From NCBI RefSeq assembly GCF_039922535.1, contig NZ_JBDTEM010000147.1, positions 523 to 64,522 on the forward strand: a DNA stretch of 64,000 nucleotides. Reading direction: 5' to 3'. Source of the DNA: Rhodoferax sp. Its GTDB lineage: Bacteria; Pseudomonadota; Gammaproteobacteria; Burkholderiales; Burkholderiaceae_C. Of the stretch, positions 17,993 to 27,064 are shown in pieces. The position numbers were made by a program, and so were the translations under genes. The notes beneath the pieces were generated by a model. The model searched no databases, was not told where the DNA came from, and saw only the letters and a program-made list of their open reading frames with translations. Every line of letters begins with the position of its first letter. Within the stretch, counting starts at the first letter, position 1.

Positions 17993-18095
17993 GCAGAAAT
18001 TCTACGGCGCAGCTTCCCGCCGCCAATACGTATTCACCGATATTGCGCTTCTGGCGGACCCACAGTGCAGCCACTTGTTTCATTTAGGCGAAAAA

Positions 18096-18252
18096 GCAGT
18101 CCAGCGCACTGGCCAGGCCAAAAAAATTTGTACCAGATTTGCGCTTCGGGTACGCCCAAGGTACGAAGTTGCTGCTTCACGTCGCGCAGGAAGAGCTTAG
18201 GGCCTAAAAAGTAAGCATCCACATCTTTGGAGGCAGCCAGCCATCGGGCCAG
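18096..18252 (-). pseudogene. Decayed duplicate of the flavohaemoglobin (hmp) 3' end
   Basis: Translates LARWLAASKDVDAYFLGPKLFLRDVKQQLRTLGVPEAQIWYKFF[+1 T]GLASALD(TGC). This is 37/51 aa identical to the C-terminus encoded at 35904-36059, with a frameshift and TGA changed to TGC. Confidence 0.88.
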
Positions 18253-18262
18253 ATCTGCCGCG

Positions 18263-19204
18263 CTATGTCTCCAGCGAGTGCTCTACCAACATATCCACAC
18301 TGCCATCGTGCGCAAAGCCCAGGGCTTGGGCCAATGGCGTATGCAAGGGTGGGTAGGCGGCAAACAGGCGTTCAATCTGTGCATCCGGTGCATAGTGCAC
18401 CAACCCCCTGCGGTCGGCACCAAAGCGCGCGGCCAGTGCGTCCACCACCTCGGCCACGGCCAGGTGCAGCGCCGGCATTTGGTAGACGCGGCGCGCATCC
18501 AGCCGGGCCGGGTCTATGCAGGCGGCATGCAACAGGTTGTCCACGCAGGCACTCACGGAAATCCACCAGGCCTGGCCCGGGGCGGATACCGGCACCGTGA
18601 TGGACTGGCCGGCCCGCAGGCGCCAGAACAGCTGGCTCATGAAGGCCGACAACAGGCCTGCGCCCTCCCCTGGCCGCGCCACCACGCCGGGCACACGCAG
18701 CGAGCAGCCCTGCACCCAGCCCAGGCGGGTGGCATCGGCCACCAGGGCCTCGCCCATGAGCTTGTGGGTGCCGTAGCTCAGCGCGGGTGCGGGCTGTGTG
18801 GCTTCGTCCACCACCGCGGGCAAATTGGCGCCGTACACCGCCACGCTGCTGGCAAATACAAACCGGGGTGGCCGGGGTTGGGCACGCAGGTCTTCCAGCA
18901 GGCCCAGGGTCGCGTCCAGGTTGATGCTGCGGCCCAAGGCATAGTTTTTTTCCGCCAGCCCGCCGGGGCAACTGGCCAGATGGAACACCACGTCCACCGG
19001 GTCGGCGAATGCCTGGGCACGCAGGGCCGGGTCGGCAATGCTGCCCGCGAAATGGGTCACCCGGGCATCGCTGGGCGGCTGGGCAAACGCCAGGTCCATC
19101 AAGAGTAATTGGTCCACCGGCTGGCCTGCCAGGCCGTGTATCAACAGCTGCTGGACCAGCGCATGGCCCACAAAACCGGCGGCGCCGGTGACGACAATAC
19201 GCAT
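18263..19204 (-). CDS. NAD-dependent epimerase/dehydratase (FdeJ-like)
   Basis: VVTGAAGFVG, FHLAS, FASSVAVYG and SYGTHK (YxxxK). Confidence 0.88.
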   Translation of the reverse strand: MRIVVTGAAGFVGHALVQQLLIHGLAGQPVDQLLLMDLAFAQPPSDARVTHFAGSIADPALRAQAFADPVDVVFHLASCPGGLAEKNYALGRSINLDATLGLLEDLRAQPRPPRFVFASSVAVYGANLPAVVDEATQPAPALSYGTHKLMGEALVADATRLGWVQGCSLRVPGVVARPGEGAGLLSAFMSQLFWRLRAGQSITVPVSAPGQAWWISVSACVDNLLHAACIDPARLDARRVYQMPALHLAVAEVVDALAARFGADRRGLVHYAPDAQIERLFAAYPPLHTPLAQALGFAHDGSVDMLVEHSLET

Positions 19205-20202
19205 CAGCCGCCCCTGCCAGCGGCCAGCGGCACGACCTGCTGGTCGATGCTGCCGAACGGCCCGGCGCTGCCGTCTTCAAATAGCGCCTGCATGCGCACC
19301 CGCTCGCCGAAGCGCATGAAGGGCGTACTGGCCGCGCCCTGGTCAATCATCTCGATCACGCGGCGTTCCGCCAGGCAGGCCGAACCCGCAGAGCGCGCCG
19401 CGTTCGACACGGTGCCCGAACCCACGATACAGCCCGCCGTGAGCCGCCGGGTGCGCGCCGCATGGGCCACCAGCTCGCCAAAGCCGAAGCCCATCTCGCG
19501 GCCATGTGGTTCGCCGAACCGCTCGCCGTTGCGCTCCACTTTCAGATGCATGTGCACGCGGCCGTTGTGCCAGGCGGCACCAAGCTCGTCGGGCGTCACG
19601 GCCACGGGAGCGAAGGCGGTAGACGGCTTGGCCTGCAGAAAGCCGAAGCCGGTTTGCATCTCGTGCGGCCCCAGCGCGCGCAGGCTCCAGTCGTTGATCT
19701 GCACAACCAGGCGCACGGCGGCCAAGGCCTCAGCGGGCGTTGCGGCCATGGGCACGGGGCCGACGACCACGCCAAACTCGCCTTCGAAGTCGATGCCGTC
19801 GGCCTCGCTGGGCAGCGGCACGTCTGCATGCGGCCCCAGAAAATCATCGCTGGCACCCTGGTACATCACTGGCACGGTGTCGCCCTTGGGCATGGGCGGT
19901 GTGTTGAACGCGCGCTCCATCAGCTGCATATGGTTCAAAAAGGCCGAGCCGTCCAACCATTGCGGGCTGCGCGGCAAGGGCGCCAGGCACTGCTGTGGAT
20001 CGAAGACGAAGGCGTCGGCAGCCTGCCCGGTGTTGAGCGCATCGCTGCGCGCCTGCAGGGCCAGTGCGACGGTGTCCCAGCGCTGCAGGGCATCCAACAG
20101 GCTGGGGGCGATGTCGTGTGCGTCGCAGGCCAGGTGCTGGTCGTACGAGACGATGACGAGGCGGCCGTCGAGGTGGCCGTTGGCGAGTGTGGCGAATTTC
20201 AT
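19204..20202 (-). CDS. Fumarylacetoacetate hydrolase family protein (FdeI-like)
   Basis: WLDGSAF, MYQGASD, IDFEGEFGV, INDWSLR and QAKPSTAF. Confidence 0.92.
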   Translation of the reverse strand: MKFATLANGHLDGRLVIVSYDQHLACDAHDIAPSLLDALQRWDTVALALQARSDALNTGQAADAFVFDPQQCLAPLPRSPQWLDGSAFLNHMQLMERAFNTPPMPKGDTVPVMYQGASDDFLGPHADVPLPSEADGIDFEGEFGVVVGPVPMAATPAEALAAVRLVVQINDWSLRALGPHEMQTGFGFLQAKPSTAFAPVAVTPDELGAAWHNGRVHMHLKVERNGERFGEPHGREMGFGFGELVAHAARTRRLTAGCIVGSGTVSNAARSAGSACLAERRVIEMIDQGAASTPFMRFGERVRMQALFEDGSAGPFGSIDQQVVPLAAGRGG

Positions 20203-20213
20203 GGGTGTCCTGT

Positions 20214-21023
20214 TCAGCGGGGCAAGGCCATGAGGCCGTCGTCAAAAATCGCCACGGCCCGCGTCCAGCCAGCCGAGCCACGCCGCACCTTGTGCGGAAA
20301 GCAACTGATGAAGAAGCCGTGGCCGGGCAAGGCTTCCAGGTTGTGCAGTTTTTCCAGGTGGCAGTAGCCGATGTCGCGGCCCGCCTTGTGGCCTTCCCAG
20401 ATCAGCGCTTTGTTGCCGGTTTCGGCAATCTTTTTAGCGGTGTAGGAGAACGGAGCGTCCCAGCTCCAGGCGTCGGTACCGGTCAGACGCACACCTCGTT
20501 CCAGTAAATACATGGTGGCCTCGTAGCCCATGCCGCAACCGGCGGACACAAAGTCGTTGTGGCCATAGCGCGATCCGGCGCGGGTGTTGACCACCACAAT
20601 GTCCAGCGGCGCCAGCGTGTGGCCTATGCGCGCCAGCTCGGCCTCTACATCGGCTGCCGTCGCCACATAACCGTCTGGGAAGTGGCGGAAGTCGAGCTTC
20701 ACACCAGGCTGAAAGCACCACTCCAGCGGCACCTCATCGATGGTGATGGACGGTTTTTTCTCCCCGTTCTTGGCGTCCATGGTCGAATGGAAATGGTAGG
20801 GCGCGTCCAGGTGGGTGCCGCTGTGCGTGGTCATGGTCACCCACTCGGCGGCAGCGGCCTCGCCGTCCGGGTAGTCCTCCACCGTGGTGCCGGGAATCAT
20901 GGCCATGAACTCGGGCAAGGTGTCCTGGTGCTTCTGGTAAGTGATCTTAGGAGCCAAAGGTGGCGGGTCAGAGAGGACCTCGTTTTCCAGGAAGATCGAA
21001 AGGTCAATGAATTGGCGTGGCAT
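20214..21023 (-). CDS. Cyclase family metal-dependent hydrolase (kynurenine formamidase-like; FdeG-like)
   Basis: THSGTHLDAPYH (HxGTHxDAPxH), GTDAWSWD and HLEKLHNL. Start MPRQFIDLS at 21023. Confidence 0.92.
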   Translation of the reverse strand: MPRQFIDLSIFLENEVLSDPPPLAPKITYQKHQDTLPEFMAMIPGTTVEDYPDGEAAAAEWVTMTTHSGTHLDAPYHFHSTMDAKNGEKKPSITIDEVPLEWCFQPGVKLDFRHFPDGYVATAADVEAELARIGHTLAPLDIVVVNTRAGSRYGHNDFVSAGCGMGYEATMYLLERGVRLTGTDAWSWDAPFSYTAKKIAETGNKALIWEGHKAGRDIGYCHLEKLHNLEALPGHGFFISCFPHKVRRGSAGWTRAVAIFDDGLMALPR

Positions 21024-21034
21024 GTAGGGAATCC

Positions 21035-21826
21035 TCAATTTCCATCTGTTATCAAAGTGCCGCCGTCCACCACCAGGTTCTGCCCGGTGATGAAGGCACC
21101 GGCCGGGCTGGCCAGCATTACGGCTACGCCCGCCACCTCGTGGGGTTCGCCCACCCGGCGCAAGGGTGTAAGCGCCAGACGGCGCTGCATGAAGTCTGCG
21201 TTGCCCATCAAGCCGGTAGACAAAGGCGAGCGGATCAGGCCTGGCGATATGGCATTGACGCGGACCTGCTGTGGCCCCCACTCCACAGCCAGGTTGCGGG
21301 CCAGCTGTGCTAACGCAGCCTTGCTCAATCCGTACAAGCCGATAGAGGTGTTGCCGCGTAGACCGGCGATGCTGGACATCAGCACCACGCTGCCGCCGCC
21401 GCGATGGGCCATGCTGGGTATCACCCCCAGCGCCAAGCGCGCAGCGCCGCGCAGGTTGATGTCCCACACACGCTGCCAATCGGCATCACTGGCCTGCGCC
21501 AAGGGGCCAGCTGGCCCCTGCACACCCGCATTGCACACCAGTGCGTCAATGTGGCCGCGCCAGGCGCTGGCTTCGTGCACCAGCCGCGCTACCTGGGCCG
21601 CGTCCGCCATGTCGCAGCCCAGCGCCAGAGCCTCATGGCCCTGGGCTCGCAGCACGGCAACAGCCTCTTCGCAGGCCCCTGTCTGGATATCGGCCAACAC
21701 CACCGCTGCACCGTGGGCTGCCATGGCCTGTGCAATAGCCCAGCCCAGGCCTTGGGCGGCCCCGGTGACCAGGGCCACCTGGCCGGTCAGCCGGAACATT
21801 TCTGTAACGTGGGACAGGGCCACCAT
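21035..21826 (-). CDS. Short-chain dehydrogenase/reductase
   Basis: VTGAAQGLG, CNAG, SSIAG, YGLSK and RVNAISPG. Confidence 0.92.
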   Translation of the reverse strand: MVALSHVTEMFRLTGQVALVTGAAQGLGWAIAQAMAAHGAAVVLADIQTGACEEAVAVLRAQGHEALALGCDMADAAQVARLVHEASAWRGHIDALVCNAGVQGPAGPLAQASDADWQRVWDINLRGAARLALGVIPSMAHRGGGSVVLMSSIAGLRGNTSIGLYGLSKAALAQLARNLAVEWGPQQVRVNAISPGLIRSPLSTGLMGNADFMQRRLALTPLRRVGEPHEVAGVAVMLASPAGAFITGQNLVVDGGTLITDGN

Positions 21827-21827
21827 G

Positions 21828-22424
21828 TCAGTGACCCACCTCCGAGGCGCGGGCCTGCAGAGCCTCACGCAGCGCCGGCGTATAGGCTCCGTCCACCAGC
21901 ACAAAAAGCATGCGGCACATGCGGCCCGAGCGGTTGGCCCAGGCGTGGTTGGTGCCGCGTTGCACCACCACATCACCCTGGCGCAGCAGGGTGGCGCTGT
22001 CGTCCAGCACCAGGGTCATTTCGCCGTCTAGCACCACGCCGTAGTCCACCGACTCGGTGCGGTGCATCAGCGGATGCGGGGAATCGACGCGCACAGTGGA
22101 CGCACTGGCATCGCCAATCTGCGTGAAGGCGTCGTGCATCGCAGCGGCACCGTGGGCCAGGAAGTCTTCGGTATCGGGCGGGATGTCCACGACACGTATG
22201 CGGGTGCCCGCCTGCGGCGGTGGCAAGACCAGCGCGCCCAGGGTCGGGTCCGCGCCGTTGTCTATCTGTGCGGGCGTGCTCTGGGTGGACCATATCTCGT
22301 GGAACACGGTGCCCGGAATTTTCTCGATCGCCACCACCTTGGGCAGCAGACCGGCCTCGCTGACGATGGCTTTGCCTTGGGCGTCATGCCCGGTGACGAT
22401 GCGGCGGATGGGATGAAATGCCAT
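21828..22424 (-). CDS. Cupin domain protein (FdeH-like)
   Basis: IRRIVTGHDAQGKA, MHRTESVDYGVVLDGE and QRGTNHAWAN. Confidence 0.9.
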   Translation of the reverse strand: MAFHPIRRIVTGHDAQGKAIVSEAGLLPKVVAIEKIPGTVFHEIWSTQSTPAQIDNGADPTLGALVLPPPQAGTRIRVVDIPPDTEDFLAHGAAAMHDAFTQIGDASASTVRVDSPHPLMHRTESVDYGVVLDGEMTLVLDDSATLLRQGDVVVQRGTNHAWANRSGRMCRMLFVLVDGAYTPALREALQARASEVGH

Positions 22425-22438
22425 GCTGTTTGCCACCG

Positions 22439-23566
22439 TCAAATGGGCGCGGCCAGGGCCATCAGCGTCTCGCGCATGATGCGGCCGTGCTCGGCCTTGT
22501 CGCCACCAGTGATCTCGATCTCGCCCAGGCGCACGGAGTTCTCTACCACCATGCGGCAACGCTCCCAGCGCCGCACCTGGAAGCGCTCCAACGCCGACTG
22601 CAAGCCGCCGTCCGTATTCAGCTCGTCGGCCAACACGATCGCATCCTCGATGCCAATGCAGGCGCCAGACGCCATATGCGGCGTGGTGGCGTGGACCGTA
22701 TCGCCAATCAGCACAACCCGGTTTTGGTACCAGGGCTGGGGCATGAGCAGGCTTTCCAGCGGGCGGAAGACGATTTGCGCGTCTGCGTTGATCTGGGCTC
22801 GCACGCTTTGCATCAGCGGGGCGGAAAATGGCGCCAACAGGTCGGCCAGCATCTGCGGAAACCGCTGCGGGTCCACGCGGTCATTGTTCGCCCGGTCTTC
22901 GGTCACGAACAGGTACATCTCCTCTTGCGACACGGCGTTCACACCGGTCTTGACCTTGGGGCCCAGCCACATCATGGTGCGCTGCACCTCGGCAGGCCGG
23001 GGCAGCACCGCCCGCCACACGCACTGGCCGCTGTAGGCTGGCTGAGGGGCATCCGGGAACAAAGCCTTACGCACCTGGGAATACAGGCCATCGGCGCCTA
23101 TCACCAGGTCATAGCGCTGCTGGCTGCCATCGGTGAATTCCACGTCCACACCATCGGCATCCTGGCGCATAGAGGTGAAGCTGCAGCCCAGCCGCACCTG
23201 GGCACCCGATGCGCGGGTGGCATCGGCCAGTATCTTGGCCAGCACCGGCCGCATGATGCCGCCGCCGCCGGGCACGTCCGGCCCCGCGATGCGCGGCGTG
23301 GGCAGGCTGCCGATCTGATGGCCGGTAGGGGTGAACAAGTCCACCCCATCGGCTGCGAAGCCCTGGGCCAAAAACGCATCCAGCACGCCCAGCGTGCGAA
23401 AGGCGCGCAAGGTAGCGCCGCCCAGGCTGATGCCCGCGCCGTAGGAGCGCCAGCCCGAATCGATCTCAACCACATCCACCGCGCAGCCCTGCTTGCGCAA
23501 CTGTATGGCTGCCGCCATGCCCGAGAACCCCCCACCAATGATCAAAATCTTGTGTGCTGCTGTCAT
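22439..23566 (-). CDS. FAD-dependent monooxygenase (FdeE-like aromatic A-ring hydroxylase)
   Basis: IIGGGFSG, IGADGLYS and LIGDTVHATTPHMASGACIGIEDA. Confidence 0.9.
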   Translation of the reverse strand: MTAAHKILIIGGGFSGMAAAIQLRKQGCAVDVVEIDSGWRSYGAGISLGGATLRAFRTLGVLDAFLAQGFAADGVDLFTPTGHQIGSLPTPRIAGPDVPGGGGIMRPVLAKILADATRASGAQVRLGCSFTSMRQDADGVDVEFTDGSQQRYDLVIGADGLYSQVRKALFPDAPQPAYSGQCVWRAVLPRPAEVQRTMMWLGPKVKTGVNAVSQEEMYLFVTEDRANNDRVDPQRFPQMLADLLAPFSAPLMQSVRAQINADAQIVFRPLESLLMPQPWYQNRVVLIGDTVHATTPHMASGACIGIEDAIVLADELNTDGGLQSALERFQVRRWERCRMVVENSVRLGEIEITGGDKAEHGRIMRETLMALAAPI

Positions 23567-23640
23567 TCTTCTATCTCCGTTGTATCTGTTAAGACTTGCG
23601 CAGTGCCCGATTGGCGGGCCTGTCGCCCTTCTGTTGCCCT

Positions 23641-23991
23641 TCAGTCGGCCGCTGCGTAAGTCGTGTCTATCAATCTCACATAACCCTGGACGTCTATCGC
23701 GTGGGCAACGGCCTGCAGCGACTGGCCCAAACACGGCCCCAGCGTGCAGGCCCCGGTATCCACATCAAACAGCGCACCGTGGGCAAAGCACACGATGGCA
23801 TCGCCCGCGTGGTTCAGGTACGCATCCTTGCGCCAGGCCATGGGGCTGTTGGCGTGCGGGCAGTTGTCACGGTACACCCGCAGCCCATCACCACAGCGCA
23901 CCGCAAACAGTGTGTCCCGGCCCGCCTGCCCGGGGTCAAAGCCGCGCGACGTGCCCGGAGGCACATCGTCCAGATGGCACAGCAGCGTCAT
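23641..23991 (-). CDS. Rieske 2Fe-2S ferredoxin (FdeD-like)
   Basis: CPH...CFAHGALF...G.C..GPC. Confidence 0.9.
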   Translation of the reverse strand: MTLLCHLDDVPPGTSRGFDPGQAGRDTLFAVRCGDGLRVYRDNCPHANSPMAWRKDAYLNHAGDAIVCFAHGALFDVDTGACTLGPCLGQSLQAVAHAIDVQGYVRLIDTTYAAAD

Positions 23992-24003
23992 CAGACTGCG
24001 CCT

Positions 24004-24948
24004 TCAGCGCGCCGCACCGGGTGGTGGGCCACCGGATGGCGCCCACTTGTCGCGCTGCTGGAACAAGAATAGCTGCGACGCGTCCGCGCCCATGGGTGCC
24101 TCGCGGGCCAGCCATTCGGCGTCGTGCAGGTCCATGTCGGCGTCGTACTCCACATGGCAGCCCAGCGGGCTGTTGAAGTACCAAAACCAGTTGGAGCCAA
24201 AAAGATGGCGCCCCGGTCCCCAGAAGGACTGGTAACCCTTGTTGACGAAGCGGGTGCCGGCCAGCATCACCTCGGTAGGCCCGCCCATGTGGAAGGTGAA
24301 GTGCTCGCACCCCTTCATGAAAGGTGGCGTCTGGATCATGAACAGCGTGTGGTGGTCGGCCGTGCCGGCCGGGCGCAGAAACGGGCCCACACCGGTAAAG
24401 CGGTCGGTGCACACAAAGCCCAGGCGCTGGTAGAAGGCTTCGGCCTTGGCCGCGTCGGGCACGAAATACACCACGTGCGATAGGGAGCGCGGCAAGGCCT
24501 GCATGGCCGGCGTGACAGCCACCTGGTTGGCCGGACGCTGCGGCGCGGCGCCTGGTGCGTTGATGGTTTCAGCGGGCAGCTGGATAGACCGGCGCACAGT
24601 GAGCTGAAAGGCCAACGCAAAGCCCATGTCATCCACGGCCAGCACGCGGCCCTGGGCATCGCGGCGCACCTCGCGGTCGCGGCCCAGCTCGGCGGCAATT
24701 GCGTCCAGCGTCGCTGCGTCGGCCACGCCGTACACGGTCTCGCGCAGCATGCTGGCCGTGCCCATGGCAGGCGGCAGGCGGGGGTCGTCCTTATGGCGGA
24801 CTTCCACGGCCGTGCCGTCCAGCGCCTCGAAACGGCCACCTTCGGCGGTGACGCCCACCGGCGTCAGGCCGTAATCGGTCAGGTACTGGATACAGGCGGC
24901 CACGTCGTCCACGCCAAAGACCAGTGCATCGGGTCCAATAATGTTCAT
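24004..24948 (-). CDS. VOC-family extradiol ring-cleavage dioxygenase (FdeC-like)
   Basis: Two-domain VOC with metal ligands in LSHVV, DHHTLF/EHFTF, GPGRH and HVEYDAD. Confidence 0.85.
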   Translation of the reverse strand: MNIIGPDALVFGVDDVAACIQYLTDYGLTPVGVTAEGGRFEALDGTAVEVRHKDDPRLPPAMGTASMLRETVYGVADAATLDAIAAELGRDREVRRDAQGRVLAVDDMGFALAFQLTVRRSIQLPAETINAPGAAPQRPANQVAVTPAMQALPRSLSHVVYFVPDAAKAEAFYQRLGFVCTDRFTGVGPFLRPAGTADHHTLFMIQTPPFMKGCEHFTFHMGGPTEVMLAGTRFVNKGYQSFWGPGRHLFGSNWFWYFNSPLGCHVEYDADMDLHDAEWLAREAPMGADASQLFLFQQRDKWAPSGGPPPGAAR

Positions 24949-25004
24949 AGCTTGTTGCTCAGTTCAAAAGTAAGAAAAAGGTCGGCATGCCAGAGCGCGG
25001 TGCA

Positions 25005-25835
25005 TCAGCCCTGCCCGGCATACAGCACCGCTTCCGTCGCCAGCAGGCCAAAGTGGCCCGATGCGGTAGCCAGGCCCTTGGCCACCAGCGTGTCGCGCAC
25101 CCAGGTCTGCCATTGCGTCCACAGGCTACGGGCGGCGGCCTCGTCGTCCAGCCAGAATTCATCGATGCCATCCAGCGGGGCCGTCGTGCCGGGTTTGGCC
25201 ATGGCATCGTTTTGCACATAGCGGCGCAACTTGGCGGCTACAGGCCAGGCCTGCAGCGCGGCGGCGCCTTGCTGCCAGGCGGCGCGGAATGCTTCGGGAT
25301 CGGCATCCGGTGCGCGCTGGATGCAGAAGAACAGCTTGCAGGCGCCCGCCAGCGGGGCGCGCTGGGCGACCACCTCCCGCTCGCGCACGGTAAGCGGCAC
25401 CACCGTGCTCTGGTCCACAAAGTTGTCTTCATCGCCCTTCAGGTTCTGCAGGTAGAACGGCGTTTGCAACGAACGACCCAGCGCGCCAAAGTCCGGGAAC
25501 CAGATCTGGGTGACGAAATCGCGGTTCAACGCAAATGGGTCGCTGCCCGGTGCGGAGCTGCGGTACTGCCCGTCGAACACCGCGTTCTGCACATAACGGC
25601 GCGGGGCATTCTGCGGGTCGGTGGCGATGTAGCGCAACACCATTTCGCCATGCACATTGCGGATGTGCTGGCGGTGTTCCACCATGCTGGTGCCGGGTCG
25701 GCGGCGGCCCAAGATCATCAGCTTCAAATCAAACGGCCCCGGGACCTGCGGCGCCGACTGGGCATAGTCCGAGGGTGCCGCACCCAGCGCCAGGGAAGCC
25801 AGCAGCAGGTGCCGCCGGTGGATCATTGTGTTCAT
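25005..25835 (-). CDS. Tandem EthD-like (dimeric alpha/beta barrel) protein with possible Tat signal
   Basis: Two repeats of K-L..RxP...F/H...RRYVQN...; N-terminus MNTMIHRRHLLLASLALGAA. Confidence 0.7.
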   Translation of the reverse strand: MNTMIHRRHLLLASLALGAAPSDYAQSAPQVPGPFDLKLMILGRRRPGTSMVEHRQHIRNVHGEMVLRYIATDPQNAPRRYVQNAVFDGQYRSSAPGSDPFALNRDFVTQIWFPDFGALGRSLQTPFYLQNLKGDEDNFVDQSTVVPLTVREREVVAQRAPLAGACKLFFCIQRAPDADPEAFRAAWQQGAAALQAWPVAAKLRRYVQNDAMAKPGTTAPLDGIDEFWLDDEAAARSLWTQWQTWVRDTLVAKGLATASGHFGLLATEAVLYAGQG

Positions 25836-25840
25836 CTAAA

Positions 25841-25885
25841 TACTCCTATTTTTATAGCTGCTTGCGCACGTATTACCTGCGCCAT
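25841..25885 (-). repeat. Repeat copy inside the island that supplies the EthD gene RBS
   Basis: Minus strand TGGCGCAGGTAATACGTGCGCAAGCAGCTATAAAAATAGGAGTA, followed by TTTAG-ATG. Confidence 0.7.
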
Positions 25886-27042
25886 TAGGCAGTTCGACCA
25901 CCTAATGTTTCGGCCACCCAGTCGGCGATGTAGGCACCGGCATTGGCGCTGTTGTCGAAGCTGCTGTGCTGCACCCCGCCCTCGCGGTCGGTGAAGATCT
26001 TCAGCTCGCGTTTCGGGCTGTTGACCAACTGCTCATAGGTGGCATGCGCCCACTTCAGCGGGATCTGAGAATCCTTTTCGCCATGGGTCACCAGGAACGG
26101 CACCTTGATGCGGTCCAGGATGCCGTCCAGATGCACGTCCTGCGCAATGCGCATGAAGTCGTCGATGTTCTTGGCGCCCCAGACCCAGCAAACGTGCGCC
26201 CAGTAGTGCGGAACAGGAAGATTGCCTTCCTTGGCCAATCGTTTAGCCTGCACGTCGCGCCAGTCGTGGTTGGCACCCCAGACCACACCCATGGCAAAGC
26301 GCGGCTCGAAGGCCACGGCGCGCGGGCAGTAGTAGCCGCCGAGCGATACGCCTTCCATGCCGATGCGCTTGGGGTCCACATCGGCGCGGGTTTCCAGCCA
26401 GTCCACTACGCGGCTGGCCCAGTGTTCGCTGTCAAAGCGCGCAGTCAGCCCGCGCAGACGCAGCGCATCGCCGGTGCCCGGCTGGTCGATGATCAGCGAT
26501 GAAACGCCCCGCTTGGCCAGCCAGCCCGGCAGGCCCACCAGGTACTTCATCTCCTTGGTCGAATCCAGGCCGTTGACCTGCAGCAGCAGGGGTGCCGGTC
26601 CCGAAGTGCCTTCGGCGTGCACCAGCAGGCCCGAGAGAAAGCTGTCGCCGTAGGGGATCTGCACCCGCTCGCAGTTGTCGCGGGCCAGCGCAATGCCCTT
26701 GGAGAATAGTTCCTCGAAACGCTGGTACAGCGCGATCCGCCCGGGCGCGCCGTGGGCCTGCAGGCGTTCGCAGGTCAGCAGGTAGTTGGCCGCGCGTTTG
26801 TATTTTTCACCGGCAGACAGCAGGCGGCCTGCGGCCTCGTCTTCTTCGGCCAGGCCGCACAGCTTCTCGGCCATGTGTTGCCAGGTTTCGCGGAAGGCGG
26901 CGGTGCCTGCGGCATCGGGCTGTTTGGCAGCCTCTTGTAGTGGCTTGCACATGACCTCGATTTCACCGATGCGCGCGCCCATCTCCAGGGCCAGGTTGAC
27001 GGACAGGTCCCAGACGTAATTGGTGGGGAAGTAACGGAACAT
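25885..27042 (-). CDS. Alpha/beta hydrolase, 2,6-dihydropseudooxynicotine hydrolase-like C-C/ester hydrolase (FdeB-like)
   Basis: NGLDSTKE, DQPGTG, GVSLGGYY nucleophile elbow, HGEKD and GGVQH. Confidence 0.88.
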   Translation of the reverse strand: MFRYFPTNYVWDLSVNLALEMGARIGEIEVMCKPLQEAAKQPDAAGTAAFRETWQHMAEKLCGLAEEDEAAGRLLSAGEKYKRAANYLLTCERLQAHGAPGRIALYQRFEELFSKGIALARDNCERVQIPYGDSFLSGLLVHAEGTSGPAPLLLQVNGLDSTKEMKYLVGLPGWLAKRGVSSLIIDQPGTGDALRLRGLTARFDSEHWASRVVDWLETRADVDPKRIGMEGVSLGGYYCPRAVAFEPRFAMGVVWGANHDWRDVQAKRLAKEGNLPVPHYWAHVCWVWGAKNIDDFMRIAQDVHLDGILDRIKVPFLVTHGEKDSQIPLKWAHATYEQLVNSPKRELKIFTDREGGVQHSSFDNSANAGAYIADWVAETLGGRTA

Positions 27043-27064
27043 AACTGCTTTCTCAGGGTAAAAA

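Noticed and set aside
18034-18222. 62-aa ORF as an independent small gene
   Set aside because: It is the frameshifted hmp 3' remnant reading through its lost stop.
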